NCBI GenBank assembly: GCA_017625755.1
Contig: JAGAKG010000036.1
Coordinates: 92,952 to 156,951 of the forward strand
Source of the DNA: Clostridia bacterium
GTDB taxonomy: Bacteria; Bacillota; Clostridia; Oscillospirales; CAG-272
DNA length: 64,000 nucleotides
Reading direction: 5' to 3'
Under the pieces are notes generated by a model. It made no database searches. It had not been told where the DNA came from and saw only the letters and a program-made list of their open reading frames with translations. Of the stretch, positions 29,511 to 38,793 are shown piece by piece. A program made the position numbers and the translations under genes. Position 1 is the first letter of the stretch; each line of letters starts with the position of its first letter.

Positions 29511-29613
29511 TCGCCAAGATAGAGATTTAGAGGGCTTTGGCGCATTTATTTTTGTATTAATTGATATACTTTTCAAAATCGGATTTTTGTTGGCGGTAAA
29601 ATTTGAAAAAATA

Positions 29614-29642
29614 TTGACTTTTTCAGGAAAAGGGTATATCAT
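29614..29642 (+). promoter_or_regulatory. Putative promoter for the 1006-aa membrane protein gene
   Basis: TTGACT, a 17-nt spacer, then TATCAT. Confidence 0.35.
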
Positions 29643-29693
29643 AGAAGTAGTTAAATACAGATTTGAATACAGTGAAATACAGGAGGTATTCTA

Positions 29694-32600
29694 ATGTTCA
29701 AAATAATTTTTTCTTGTGTATTTTTCCTCTTTTTCCTGCTGGCTGTATTGGTGGGAATTTTTAAAGGAAAGAAGTATGTATGGCAATTTTCCGTGTCTAG
29801 AATACTGACGGTGCTGGTCTCGGCTCTGCTCGCGGTATTTCTGAGCGCGCTCGTGTCCTGGCTGATTGGCGGTGCGCTCGTCGGCGTGGTGACAAATCTT
29901 TTGGGCGGTGTCGCCTCGGGACTTATTGACGCCCTTCCCACGGCGCCCGACGCAGTCCGCGCAATAATAGCTTCTGTTATATCGCCTGCTATCTTCCTTT
30001 TGTTCTTCTTCGTCATCAAGGCTATCTTCGGAAGATTTAACGGCTGTTTCTCTGAGCTTATTATCAAGCTCGTCAATAAGATAAAGCTGGCGATAGAGAA
30101 GAAAAAGGCGGCTAAGGCGGAGGCGGGAGCCGAGGCTGATGCGGTTGTGAGCGAGGAAGGCGCGGAGGTTGACGCTTTGGAGGCAGACACCGAGACGCTT
30201 GAAGCGGCTGAGACAGCAGACGAGGCAGTCGAGGGCGAGGAGCCTGTTTACGAGAAAACGGCAGATGACGAAGCTCTTGAAAACGATGCCGTCGAGACCG
30301 AGGCGAACGCCGAGCAGGCTGAGGTAAAGGCTCCCAAGAGAAAGATAAGAAATAAAGACTATCTTTGCGACAGAGCAGACAAGATAGGCGCGGTATGCGG
30401 AGCGTTTTGCAGCCTTTTCGTGCTTGTTATCGCTCTTGCGCCTTTCGTAGGTATGCTTGATACGGCGAACAGCTTCGTGCAGGTATTCGCCACAAAGGAA
30501 GAAAAATCGGTTATCAATACGGTAGTCGAGATATCCGACGGAATTGCTGAGAACGCGGGCTGCAAGACGGTAGAGGTGCTTGGCGGTAAGCTCGTTTACA
30601 ACGGAATCACAACCTATCCCGTGAACGGAAAGCTCGCGCCCATAAGCCGTGAAACTGAGTATATTTCGGATATGGTCGGCGCGGTCAAGGCTATGACAAA
30701 CAAGGAGGGCGACAAGGCTGAGGCAGCCGATGCGCTCGTTGCGACACAGACCTCTTTTGAAAAGGCAAATATCACTCCTATGCTTGTTTCCGACCTCTTT
30801 TCGGCGGCAGCTGACAAGTGGGCGGTGGGAGAAAAATTCTGCGGTATCGCTTGCCCCTCACTTGGAGAGAATTTTGACCCCGTACTCAAGGAATTCGTTT
30901 CGGTGATGAAGGACTCAAGCTATGATACGATAGGAGAGGACTATAACACCGTAACCAACACCGTGGCACTCGTTGTCAAGCACGATGCCGCAGGTGCTAT
31001 AAAGAGCAGCGACGGAGTCCGCACTATCTTTAAAAATGAGGAGCTTATCTCGGGAATAATTTACGAGCTGCTCGAAAACGAAAGAACTGTTCCGCTCGTT
31101 GAAAAGATAACCAATGTCGGCGTATCGGTCATGGTCGACGGAATTGGCACTTTTGGGGACGATGAGGAGCTTTACGACGATTTCATTTCGGATATGAGCG
31201 AGGCTTATTCCGAAGCGATGTCTGCGGGAGAGGATACATATAGCAAACTGACCGCGCTTTCGGAGTCGGTCGCTACGATATACGACGAGCACGGAATAGA
31301 TATCACGAATGGCGTTTCGACCTGTATTGCCGCGTCGATGATAGCCGAGCTTGAAACTGGCAGCGAAGCCGAGATAAGAGAGTTCTTTGCCGACGACGAG
31401 TCGCACATACAGTATCTCGCGGCAACCTCTGAGACAGACGAGGCGATAGCGGTCATCGACAATATCGCCCACAAGCTCAAAAAGGGTATGACAAAGGAGC
31501 AGATTGCCGAGATTGTGAAGGCAGAGCTTCTTGCGATAGAGGGTGTTGGAGACACGCTGACCGACGAGGAGCTTGATAGCATTTCCTCGGGCGTGGCTTC
31601 GGATATGTATAAGGATGTGTCGGCGGATAATCTGAAATATAAGGACGCGGTCTTTGCAAATGCCGAGGAATTTGCCGAGCGCACACGCATTGTGTTCAAA
31701 AAAGAGATGGTTATAGTTTCGGGAGAGATTACCGACAATCACAAGGAGGCAGAGAATATCGCGAGGATGTTCGCGTCGGCGATATCAATAGTCGACGAGG
31801 TCTCCGCGGGCGGATATGATATCGACACGATAGTCGCCGCGTTTGGCCCCGTGCTTGACGCAAGCGCGGCTACCGAAACGATAGGAGTAGACCAGACGGC
31901 GCGCCTGCTTACCGTAATACTGCAATCCGAGAAGGTTCGTGATGGTGTTGGTATGACGCTCATTCAGGCAACCAATGTATCAAACTCTATGAGCAAGGGC
32001 GTTGTGAGTGGAGATACATACACCGTGCTTATGAAGGCTTTGGGGAAGACCGTTGAGGTTATGAAGATATCCTCGGACGACGGTGACGCAACAGAGGCGA
32101 TTACCGAGCTTATGCAGGATATGACTCCCGCGTCCGCAGAGACGCTTCAGGAAATATCCACACCCGAGATGGTCAAGAAGCAGGGAATTAATGAGAAGAG
32201 CGCGGTTCCTGTGGCAGATATGATGTCGGATATGTTCGGAAATATGTCGACAGCCAAGGAGGAGGGAATGCCCGAGGATAGGTACGAGGACGAGGCTAAA
32301 GCGGTAAACGATATGATGTCTATCGCTATGAGCGCAAACAAGTCCGAGGAAAAGAATCTGTTTGGTAAAGAGAACAGTAAAACGGGTATAACCGCAACCG
32401 ATTTCGTAAACAGAGCAGCAGATTCGGTAATCATTTCCGAGACATTCGTAAACAGCGTATACGGAAAAGAGGGCGGAGATATCCCCAAGCTCGACCCGCT
32501 TTACTCAAACAGACAGCTCACCGAATCGGAAAAGACCGAGCTTATCACGGCGCTTGACGCAAAGTGGCAGAGTCAGATAAAGTCGTCGTCCGATAAGGAC

Positions 32601-32714
32601 GCTAACGCGGAATATCAGAAGGTTCTGATTGCCATAGCATCGGTGGTCAATGTTCAGGTAGAGATAACCGAGAGCGGAGTAGCAGAGGTAATGAACGCTC
32701 CTGATGTTGTATAA
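29694..32714 (+). CDS. Large acidic membrane-anchored protein of unknown function
   Basis: Three or four N-terminal TM helices, an E/A/D-rich linker, another TM helix (IGAVCGAFCSLFVLVIALAPFVG), then about 750 aa of acidic, probably helical sequence. I recognise no motif. The RBS is AGGAGG. Confidence 0.6.
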   Translation: MFKIIFSCVFFLFFLLAVLVGIFKGKKYVWQFSVSRILTVLVSALLAVFLSALVSWLIGGALVGVVTNLLGGVASGLIDALPTAPDAVRAIIASVISPAIFLLFFFVIKAIFGRFNGCFSELIIKLVNKIKLAIEKKKAAKAEAGAEADAVVSEEGAEVDALEADTETLEAAETADEAVEGEEPVYEKTADDEALENDAVETEANAEQAEVKAPKRKIRNKDYLCDRADKIGAVCGAFCSLFVLVIALAPFVGMLDTANSFVQVFATKEEKSVINTVVEISDGIAENAGCKTVEVLGGKLVYNGITTYPVNGKLAPISRETEYISDMVGAVKAMTNKEGDKAEAADALVATQTSFEKANITPMLVSDLFSAAADKWAVGEKFCGIACPSLGENFDPVLKEFVSVMKDSSYDTIGEDYNTVTNTVALVVKHDAAGAIKSSDGVRTIFKNEELISGIIYELLENERTVPLVEKITNVGVSVMVDGIGTFGDDEELYDDFISDMSEAYSEAMSAGEDTYSKLTALSESVATIYDEHGIDITNGVSTCIAASMIAELETGSEAEIREFFADDESHIQYLAATSETDEAIAVIDNIAHKLKKGMTKEQIAEIVKAELLAIEGVGDTLTDEELDSISSGVASDMYKDVSADNLKYKDAVFANAEEFAERTRIVFKKEMVIVSGEITDNHKEAENIARMFASAISIVDEVSAGGYDIDTIVAAFGPVLDASAATETIGVDQTARLLTVILQSEKVRDGVGMTLIQATNVSNSMSKGVVSGDTYTVLMKALGKTVEVMKISSDDGDATEAITELMQDMTPASAETLQEISTPEMVKKQGINEKSAVPVADMMSDMFGNMSTAKEEGMPEDRYEDEAKAVNDMMSIAMSANKSEEKNLFGKENSKTGITATDFVNRAADSVIISETFVNSVYGKEGGDIPKLDPLYSNRQLTESEKTELITALDAKWQSQIKSSSDKDANAEYQKVLIAIASVVNVQVEITESGVAEVMNAPDVV

Positions 32715-32738
32715 AACAAATTAACGAAGAACTTATAA

Positions 32739-32780
32739 AGCAGAAATCCCACGCCGGGCGGAGGATTTCTGCTTTTTTTG
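32739..32780 (+). terminator. Intrinsic terminator
   Basis: agcagaaatcc...ggatttctgct followed by ttttttt. Confidence 0.8.
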
Positions 32781-32869
32781 ACATTCTTTTCTCGCTTTTT
32801 GTGTATAATTACCATAAAATGGAAATAAAAATCGTGAAACATCTACCTATGGAAATTTCTGGAAAATAC

Positions 32870-32898
32870 TTGAAATAATTTCCAATATATGGTAAAAT
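32870..32898 (+). promoter_or_regulatory. Putative spo0A promoter with extended -10
   Basis: TTGAAA (32870-32875), a 17-nt spacer, then TGgTAAAAT (32890-32898). The inverted repeat tggaaatt (32850-57) / aatttcca (32877-84) overlaps the spacer. Confidence 0.4.
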
Positions 32899-32934
32899 AT
32901 TGGTGTTGAAAAAAACACAATCAGGAGGAATAAG

Positions 32935-33723
32935 ATGGAAACTACAACAAAAATACTGATAGCCGACGAAAATGCGGCGCAAAGACAGTCGCTCTGCAAC
33001 GAGCTTATGAGAGTGGGGTACAGAAATATCGAGGAAGCATCTAACGGCGAGGAGGCGCTCATAAAGATAGGACGCACACATCCCGATATAGCGATAATTG
33101 ATGTATGGCTTTCAAAGCTCGACGGAATAGGCGTACTCAGAAATTGCAGATCTCTGAATTTCGCACCCGACAAAAGACCTGCGTTTATCGTGGTGTCGAT
33201 GGTATCGAATCAGAATGTCTTTATCGAGGCGGCGCATGCGGGAGCAGACCTTTGTCTGCTGAAGCCCTATAACATAGAAAGCCTTTGCGAACATATCGAG
33301 TCACTTATCCGCGCGAGAAATCAGACGGGAAACGCTATTGTTGAGCCGTCGGAGGAGAACAGCAGAACGCCCGACATTGAAACACAGGTAACAAAGATAA
33401 TTCACCAGATAGGCGTTCCCGCGCATATCAAGGGATATCAGTATCTCCGTACCGCGATATTGCTTACCGTAAACGATAGTGATATCATCAACTCGGTCAC
33501 GAAGGTGCTTTACCCCTCTGTCGCAAAAAAGTATCAGACTACCACAAGCCGCGTCGAGCGCGCGATACGCCACGCCATCGAGGTCGCGTGGGATAGGGGA
33601 GATGTCGATACTCTCAATTCCTATTTTGGCTACACGATACAGAATAACCGCGGAAAGCCCACGAACTCTGAGTTTATCGCAATGATTGCGGATAACCTGA
33701 GACTGAAATATAAGCTCTATTGA
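32935..33723 (+). CDS. spo0A: Sporulation master regulator Spo0A
   Basis: A receiver domain plus the diagnostic Spo0A DNA-binding region [22 protein letters not shown]...[21 protein letters not shown]...[17 protein letters not shown]. Confidence 0.95.
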   Translation: METTTKILIADENAAQRQSLCNELMRVGYRNIEEASNGEEALIKIGRTHPDIAIIDVWLSKLDGIGVLRNCRSLNFAPDKRPAFIVVSMVSNQNVFIEAAHAGADLCLLKPYNIESLCEHIESLIRARNQTGNAIVEPSEENSRTPDIETQVTKIIHQIGVPAHIKGYQYLRTAILLTVNDSDIINSVTKVLYPSVAKKYQTTTSRVERAIRHAIEVAWDRGDVDTLNSYFGYTIQNNRGKPTNSEFIAMIADNLRLKYKLY

Positions 33724-33731
33724 TTTTAAAG

Positions 33732-33768
33732 GTTCTATGATAGCTATTCAGCTTTCATAGAACTTTTT
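33732..33768 (+). terminator. spo0A intrinsic terminator
   Basis: gttctatga...tcatagaac followed by ttttt. Confidence 0.7.
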
Positions 33769-33838
33769 ATTTGCAACCTGAGGTTGCAAATAAAACTATT
33801 CTCGATTGGTTGCAAAAGAGTGAAATGTATGCTAAAAT
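33769..33838 (+). promoter_or_regulatory. Palindromic operator candidate plus promoter of the HTH-ARH gene
   Basis: atttgcaacc-tga-ggttgcaaat has perfect 10-bp arms (33769-33791). A third half-site ggttgcaaaa (33808-33817) overlaps the -35 TTGCAA (33810-15). The -10 is TGcTAAAAT (33830-38), 17 nt from the -35. Confidence 0.45.
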
Positions 33839-33868
33839 AAAAGTATAAATCAATCGGGAGGTATTGTT

Positions 33869-35497
33869 ATGGCTACGGGAAGGGCGATAAACAGAGTAAG
33901 ATTGGGAGTAAATATGACACAGGAGCAGTTTGCAACCGCCGTTGGAGTTTCTCATCAGGCTGTGCAGAAATGGGAGTCGGGCGCGGCTATTCCATCTGTC
34001 GAAAAGTTGATGAAGATATCAAGGCTTTTCGGCGTGACGGTAGACTCGCTTCTCTTTGAGAGCGATATGAGGATATCCGAGGAGATGGAGAGCAATAAGA
34101 AGCTATACCCGAATTACGAAAAGATGTATCACAGAGAGCTTTATTCCTGCACGCTTGCCGACGAATATATACAATGCGTCGAGGAGGGGAAGGATATTTC
34201 CGCCTACCGCGATGTATTTGAGGCGGTGATGCGTATGCCGCGCGGAGCGAACAGAGAGAAAATGGCGGATATCTTGTTTGACATAGTCCTCAACGCAAAG
34301 CAGAGAGAGGGCTACCCATATAACGAGCCTTCGGATATAGAGGGGATAAGGGCTTTGAGAGCAGATTATTCTTACCGACGCAGAGCTGAGAGCGAAGCAG
34401 AGCTTAAAAAGAAGATACACGGTGCCTGGATGGGGCGTGTGTGTGGCTGCCTGCTTGGAAAGCCTGTTGAGGGAATTCGCAGCGAGGAGCTGATTCCAAT
34501 GCTCCGCGAGTCGGGCAACTATCCTATGCACAGATACATTCTGTCCTCGGATATTACAGAGGAGATAAAGAGCAACAGCAAGTTCCGCTTCGGCGGAAAG
34601 TGTTATGCTGATACGGTTAGCTGTATGCCCGTCGATGACGATACGAATTATACGGTTATGGCGCAGGAGATAGTCAGCACCTACGGCAGAGAATTCACAC
34701 CGTACGACATTTCTCTGGCGTGGCAGTATTACCAACGAAGAGAGGCGTATTGCACGGCAGAGAGAGTGGCTTTCCGCAATTTTGTGAACGGCTATGAGCC
34801 GCCCGAATCGGCGATATATAAAAATCCTTACAGGGAGTGGGTAGGAGCGCAGATAAGGGGTGATTATTTCGGATATATCAATCCTGGCGAGCCTGAGATT
34901 GCGGCGGATATGGCGTTCAGGGACGCGTGTATTTCCCACACGAAGAACGGTATTTACGGCGAGATGTTCATCGCCGCGATGATCGCCTGCGCCGCCGTGA
35001 GTGATTCTGTGGAGGATATTATTCTCTGCGGGCTTGCCCAGATTCCGTCCACATCGAGGCTTTTCGAGGCGGTAAGCTTCGTGCTTGATGTATACAGACG
35101 AGGCGGTGATACTGAGGAATGTATGTGCAGAGTACACGAGCTTTACGATGAGCATACAACCCACGGTTGGTGTCATACTGTATCCAACGCAATGATAGTA
35201 ACAATGGCGCTGCTCTGGGGTGAGAACAATTTCGGAAAGTCTATATGTCTTGCGGTTCAGAGCGCGTTTGATACCGACTGTAACGGCGCGACTGTCGGCT
35301 CGATACTCGGAATGAAAAACGGCATTGATTCGATAGGAGAGGAGTGGTACGCTCCCGTCAACGACAGGATAGATACTACGCTTTTCGGAATTGAAAGGGT
35401 GAGAATATCCGAGTGTGTTGAGAAAACTATGGCTCACCTGCCCGAAAAAAGCTTCAAGGCGGGGAAGAAAGCCGAGGGATTCAGCTATATTCCGTAA
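33869..35497 (+). CDS. XRE-family HTH domain fused to an ADP-ribosylglycohydrolase-family domain
   Basis: The N-terminus MTQEQFATAVGVSHQAVQKWESGAAIPSVEKLMKISRLFGVTVDSLL is an XRE HTH. The C-terminal roughly 330 aa carry ARH-type motifs (GAWMGRVCGCLLGKPVEG, DTDCNGATVGSILG). Confidence 0.75.
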   Translation: MATGRAINRVRLGVNMTQEQFATAVGVSHQAVQKWESGAAIPSVEKLMKISRLFGVTVDSLLFESDMRISEEMESNKKLYPNYEKMYHRELYSCTLADEYIQCVEEGKDISAYRDVFEAVMRMPRGANREKMADILFDIVLNAKQREGYPYNEPSDIEGIRALRADYSYRRRAESEAELKKKIHGAWMGRVCGCLLGKPVEGIRSEELIPMLRESGNYPMHRYILSSDITEEIKSNSKFRFGGKCYADTVSCMPVDDDTNYTVMAQEIVSTYGREFTPYDISLAWQYYQRREAYCTAERVAFRNFVNGYEPPESAIYKNPYREWVGAQIRGDYFGYINPGEPEIAADMAFRDACISHTKNGIYGEMFIAAMIACAAVSDSVEDIILCGLAQIPSTSRLFEAVSFVLDVYRRGGDTEECMCRVHELYDEHTTHGWCHTVSNAMIVTMALLWGENNFGKSICLAVQSAFDTDCNGATVGSILGMKNGIDSIGEEWYAPVNDRIDTTLFGIERVRISECVEKTMAHLPEKSFKAGKKAEGFSYIP

Positions 35498-35645
35498 ATA
35501 TGTGGCGCCGATTCGCTACTCCGACACTCCCAAAAGTTTCTGCACCTCAAAACTCAGTCTGAATTTTAAAACCGCAATAATCGCACACTTCGCAAAATCC
35601 TGCATATCTATGTAATAACGGCAAAAAAGATTTGGAGGGACATAT

Positions 35646-36119
35646 ATGAGGAGAAAAGCGGAGCGGGGGCAGAAAAGCGGAGCGGCGGAACGGTCGGTGA
35701 TATCCGAGCTTACTCGGTGCTGTATGTGGGAGTTTGCGTCGGTTTCCGAATATGTTTACTATTCCTTGCTCCTTGAGGAGGAATACCTCGAGCTGTCGGA
35801 GATATTCGAGAGAGCGGCGCTTGGGTGTATAGAACATTTCAGGGTGCTCGGCGGGGTAATACTCGCCCTCGGCGCCGATCCCGCGTTCAATATGCAGATA
35901 AGGCAGAGCAGGGAGCGTTGGGGACTTCGGGGGGAGCCGAGTGTCGAGCATATCGAGCAAATGATATCCTCGGCGGCGGAGCGCGAAAGACGCTCGGTAG
36001 CCGTGCTTTCAAGGCTTTCGGGGCATTGTGGCGAGTGCGAGACGGTGAGAGCGGTCGGTTGTGTAATATCCGAAAAAAAGGAGCTTTTGGCAATTCTTGA
36101 GCGTATGCTGATGTCCTGA
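35646..36119 (+). CDS. Ferritin-like (bacterioferritin/rubrerythrin-fold) domain protein
   Basis: The helical protein shows E...ExxH spacing (EYVYYSLLLEEEYLELSEIFERAALGCIEHFRVLGG) reminiscent of di-iron four-helix bundles. The RBS is GGAGGG. Confidence 0.4.
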   Translation: MRRKAERGQKSGAAERSVISELTRCCMWEFASVSEYVYYSLLLEEEYLELSEIFERAALGCIEHFRVLGGVILALGADPAFNMQIRQSRERWGLRGEPSVEHIEQMISSAAERERRSVAVLSRLSGHCGECETVRAVGCVISEKKELLAILERMLMS

Positions 36120-36144
36120 AAAATGTCTTTACTAAGCCTTTACA

Positions 36145-36195
36145 ACAAAAAAGAGAGAACAAATCGGCTTATTGCCGAATGTTCTCTCTTTTTAT
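36145..36195. terminator. Bidirectional intrinsic terminator
   Basis: aaaaaa-aagagagaac...gttctctctt-ttttt is a long stem flanked by A and T runs between convergent genes. Confidence 0.75.
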
Positions 36196-36237
36196 GCTTT
36201 TCGGTTCAGTATGGATCAAGCTACCTTAGCGTTATTA

Positions 36238-36543
36238 TTATCTCGGGATGGTTTCGAGAGGACCCCAGTTGGTATTATCGTCGTCATTCTCAATATCAAA
36301 TTTGCCAGACGCGGTAGTTCCGCCGCCACCTGTAGTGCCGTCATTGCCGCCGTCATCACCGTTACCGCCGTTATCACCGCTATCGCTGTTGCCGGTTGTA
36401 CCGCCGTTCTCCGAGGGAGATACGGTGGTCTGCTATGAGTCCTTATCGCCAGAATCGGTGTCGGTGTCGTCGCAGGATGTGAATGTGAACATAACACAAA
36501 GCGAGAGTGCAAGAACTAAAAATAATGCAATAAATTTATTCAT
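36238..36543 (-). pseudogene. Small secreted lipoprotein gene interrupted by an in-frame TAG (36 codons, stop, then 64 codons)
   Basis: AAGGAG RBS, ATG at 36543, MNKFIALFLVLALSLCVMFTFTSCDDTDTDSGDKDS, TAG at 36435-36433. The same frame then continues QTTVSPSENGGTTGNSDSGDNGGNGDDGGNDGTTGGGGTTASGKFDIENDDDNTNWGPLETIPR to TAA at 36240-36238. Confidence 0.5.
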
Positions 36544-36762
36544 ACGATACTCCTTGATTTTATATTATACTGTAATTATAACACAGGAATGGCGTCGTGT
36601 CAACAAAAAATTATTTATAGGTGTTCCTTATGTTGCATGGGCGAATCTTTCGAGAAAACTGATGTTTGAGTCGCTTTTACGGGCAAGTGTGTTGACAAAA
36701 TTCTTTTACTGGTGTTATAATATTTGAGAAATACAGAATAAAATCCGATAAGGAGCGATATT

Positions 36763-37716
36763 ATGCCAAAAATAGTTCTCACAGATTGCGACACGGTGGT
36801 GTCAAAAAACGATATAGATTTGTCTGTTCTTGAGCGTTTCGGAGAGGTGGTATATTATGGAGAGACCTCGCCTGAGTTGACGGCAGACAGAATAAAGGAT
36901 GCCGAGATCGTTATAGTCAATAAGACCGTGATAGGAAAGCGCGAGATAGACGCCGCTAAAAGCCTCGGAATGATTGCGCTTTTTGCTACGGGTTATAATA
37001 ATATCGACACCGAATATGCCGCATCTCACGGCATTGCGGTGTGTAACGCGGGGGTCTACTCGACCTCGGCGGTGGCTCAGCACACATTCGCTTTTATCCT
37101 TAATCACGCATCGGGAATTTCGGAATATTCGAGAGCGGTGAGCGAGGGCGAGTGGATTCGGTCGAGACTGTTCTCCTTTTTCGCAAAGCCCACCTTTGAG
37201 CTTGCGGGAAAGACGCTGGGAATCTTCGGATTTGGCGCGATAGGTATGCAGGTGGCGAAGCTTGCGTCGGCGTTTGATATGCGCGTTATCGCGTGTACGA
37301 GGACTCCTAAGGAAGTCGATGGAGTGGAGCTTGTCTCCTTTGACAGACTGCTCGCCGAGAGTGATTATCTTACTGTGCATTGCCCCCTGACCGAGCAGAC
37401 CGAGCGGATATTTGACGCGTCGGCGTTTAATAAAATGAAGGACGGACTTTACTTTATAAACACGGCGCGCGGCGGTGTCGTCGACGAGTCGGCACTCCTT
37501 GATGCCCTCAGAGAAGGAAAGCTTTCGGGCGCGGCTGTGGATGTGCTTACCCGTGAGCCGATGTCCTCGGATTGTCTGCTTTACGGCGCTCCGAATATAA
37601 CTATAACACCGCATATCGCCTGGGCGCCGATAGAAACGAGAGAGCGTTTGCTGGGCATAGTTTGCGACAATATACAAGCCTTTCTTGACGGCACGCCGAA
37701 AAACAAAGTTAATTAA
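36763..37716 (+). CDS. D-isomer-specific 2-hydroxyacid dehydrogenase (glycerate dehydrogenase/hydroxypyruvate reductase-like)
   Basis: NAD-binding GIFGFGAIGMQVAKLA, and the catalytic region NTARGGVVDE...TPHIAW. Confidence 0.85.
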   Translation: MPKIVLTDCDTVVSKNDIDLSVLERFGEVVYYGETSPELTADRIKDAEIVIVNKTVIGKREIDAAKSLGMIALFATGYNNIDTEYAASHGIAVCNAGVYSTSAVAQHTFAFILNHASGISEYSRAVSEGEWIRSRLFSFFAKPTFELAGKTLGIFGFGAIGMQVAKLASAFDMRVIACTRTPKEVDGVELVSFDRLLAESDYLTVHCPLTEQTERIFDASAFNKMKDGLYFINTARGGVVDESALLDALREGKLSGAAVDVLTREPMSSDCLLYGAPNITITPHIAWAPIETRERLLGIVCDNIQAFLDGTPKNKVN

Positions 37717-37731
37717 GAGGACGCAGAAGGT

Positions 37732-37794
37732 GCGAGGGGGACTTTTAAAAAAGTCCCCCTCGCGCTCCCTTCAAAACCTTTAAAACAGGGATTG
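37732..37794. repeat. GC-rich palindromic intergenic repeat (family B), copy 2, inverted relative to copy 1
   Basis: The hairpin gcgagggggac-ttttaaaaaa-gtccccctcgc is followed by gctcccttcaaaacctttaaaacagggattgg. Confidence 0.65.
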
Positions 37795-37836
37795 GCTAAC
37801 CCATTTTGCTTAACTTGATTTTGAAATGTCTTTCTA

Positions 37837-38793
37837 TTATGAAAAAACTGTTTCTATAATTTTTCTGTCGCCCTCGGGAGAATAGCGCCAGTAATCGAGA
37901 TGGCGAGTTTTCTCGGGGGTGATAAAATACCGTATGCTTTTTGGCGGTATAGTGCCCTTGTAGGAGTCAATCATAACGAGCTTGACCTTCATTCTGTCGG
38001 GGATAATACTTTTTATGTAAACCGCCACATATTCGCCGACGGTGGCAATCTGGGCGTCTCTTGTGTTTTCTCTTATCTCGGCAAGCCCCGCGAGATTTGG
38101 CGCAAGCTCTATAAAGACGCCGTAGCTTTCGATGCTGCGGACGACTCCCGCCACTGTTTGCCCCGCCTCGAACATAGCGGCGTTTTCCTCCCAGGTGCCG
38201 AGAAGCTCACGCATACTGACAAAGATTCTCTGCATATCTCGGTCTATAAGTTTAACTACCGCGTATATTTTCTCTCCCACAGAGAAACGGTCGGATGGGT
38301 GCGATATTCTCGATACCGAAATACAGTCAACAGAGAGAAGCGAGGATATTCCGCAGCCTATATCGACAAACGCGCCGAAGTTTTCCATATGTGTTACTAC
38401 CGCGGGGAGTATATCTCCGCAACGGAGCCGCGAAAGGTAGTTCTGCATACATTCAAGCTGCGCCTGACGGCGCGAGAGCTTTGCGATGTATCGCTCCCCC
38501 TCCTTTGCTATTCGCATCACCTTGAAGCAAACAGGCTTGCCAACTCGTGTGATGACCGCGATATCCTTTATCTGCTCGCCGTCGCGGCACCAGACCGCTT
38601 CCTCTCGGTCGATAATTCCCCTGACACCTCCGAGGTCGAGATGGAGTCTCATTCTGCTGTCGCACAGGAGGACTGTCCCCTCAAGTATGCGTCCCTCGTT
38701 CATAGCGCGCTCAAGTCCCTCGACAGAGGAGATGTATTCTGAATTTTCTCGGGTGCCGAGGAGCGCTCCCTCGGGCATATATGTGTTTGTCAT
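37837..38793 (-). CDS. S1 RNA-binding domain-containing protein
   Basis: Several S1/OB-like segments are present (GDILPAVVTHMENFGAFVDIG, GQTVAGVVRSIESYGVFIELAPNLAGL). Confidence 0.7.
   Translation of the reverse strand: MTNTYMPEGALLGTRENSEYISSVEGLERAMNEGRILEGTVLLCDSRMRLHLDLGGVRGIIDREEAVWCRDGEQIKDIAVITRVGKPVCFKVMRIAKEGERYIAKLSRRQAQLECMQNYLSRLRCGDILPAVVTHMENFGAFVDIGCGISSLLSVDCISVSRISHPSDRFSVGEKIYAVVKLIDRDMQRIFVSMRELLGTWEENAAMFEAGQTVAGVVRSIESYGVFIELAPNLAGLAEIRENTRDAQIATVGEYVAVYIKSIIPDRMKVKLVMIDSYKGTIPPKSIRYFITPEKTRHLDYWRYSPEGDRKIIETVFS

Noticed and set aside
32715-32934. Spo0A (0A-box, TGNCGAA) and sigma-H promoter elements upstream of spo0A.
   Set aside because: I found no exact 0A-box or convincing sigma-H consensus by eye. 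I report only a sigma-A-like TTGAAA-17-TGgTAAAAT promoter and an inverted repeat, both at modest confidence.
36216-36727. ORF-track entries 36216..36512 (-, 98 aa) and 36248..36727 (+, 159 aa), both P/T/A/V-rich.
   Set aside because: They are alternative-frame readings of a GGN/GAY-rich low-complexity stretch. The frame with an RBS, an ATG and a lipoprotein signal peptide is the 36543..36238 frame, reported separately with its in-frame TAG.
844-38742. Other long ORFs antisense to confidently called genes. Examples are 844..1602 (+), 1912..2664 (+), 24609..26012 (+), 26086..27105 (+), 28468..29022 (+), 30915..31742 (-), 34103..35437 (-), 36802..37677 (-) and 37900..38742 (+).
   Set aside because: Each overlaps a gene with clear family motifs on the other strand. 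Several are in the codon-aligned antisense phase (checked for 844..1602 against lysC). They lack recognisable motifs and RBSs. I treat them as codon-bias shadows.
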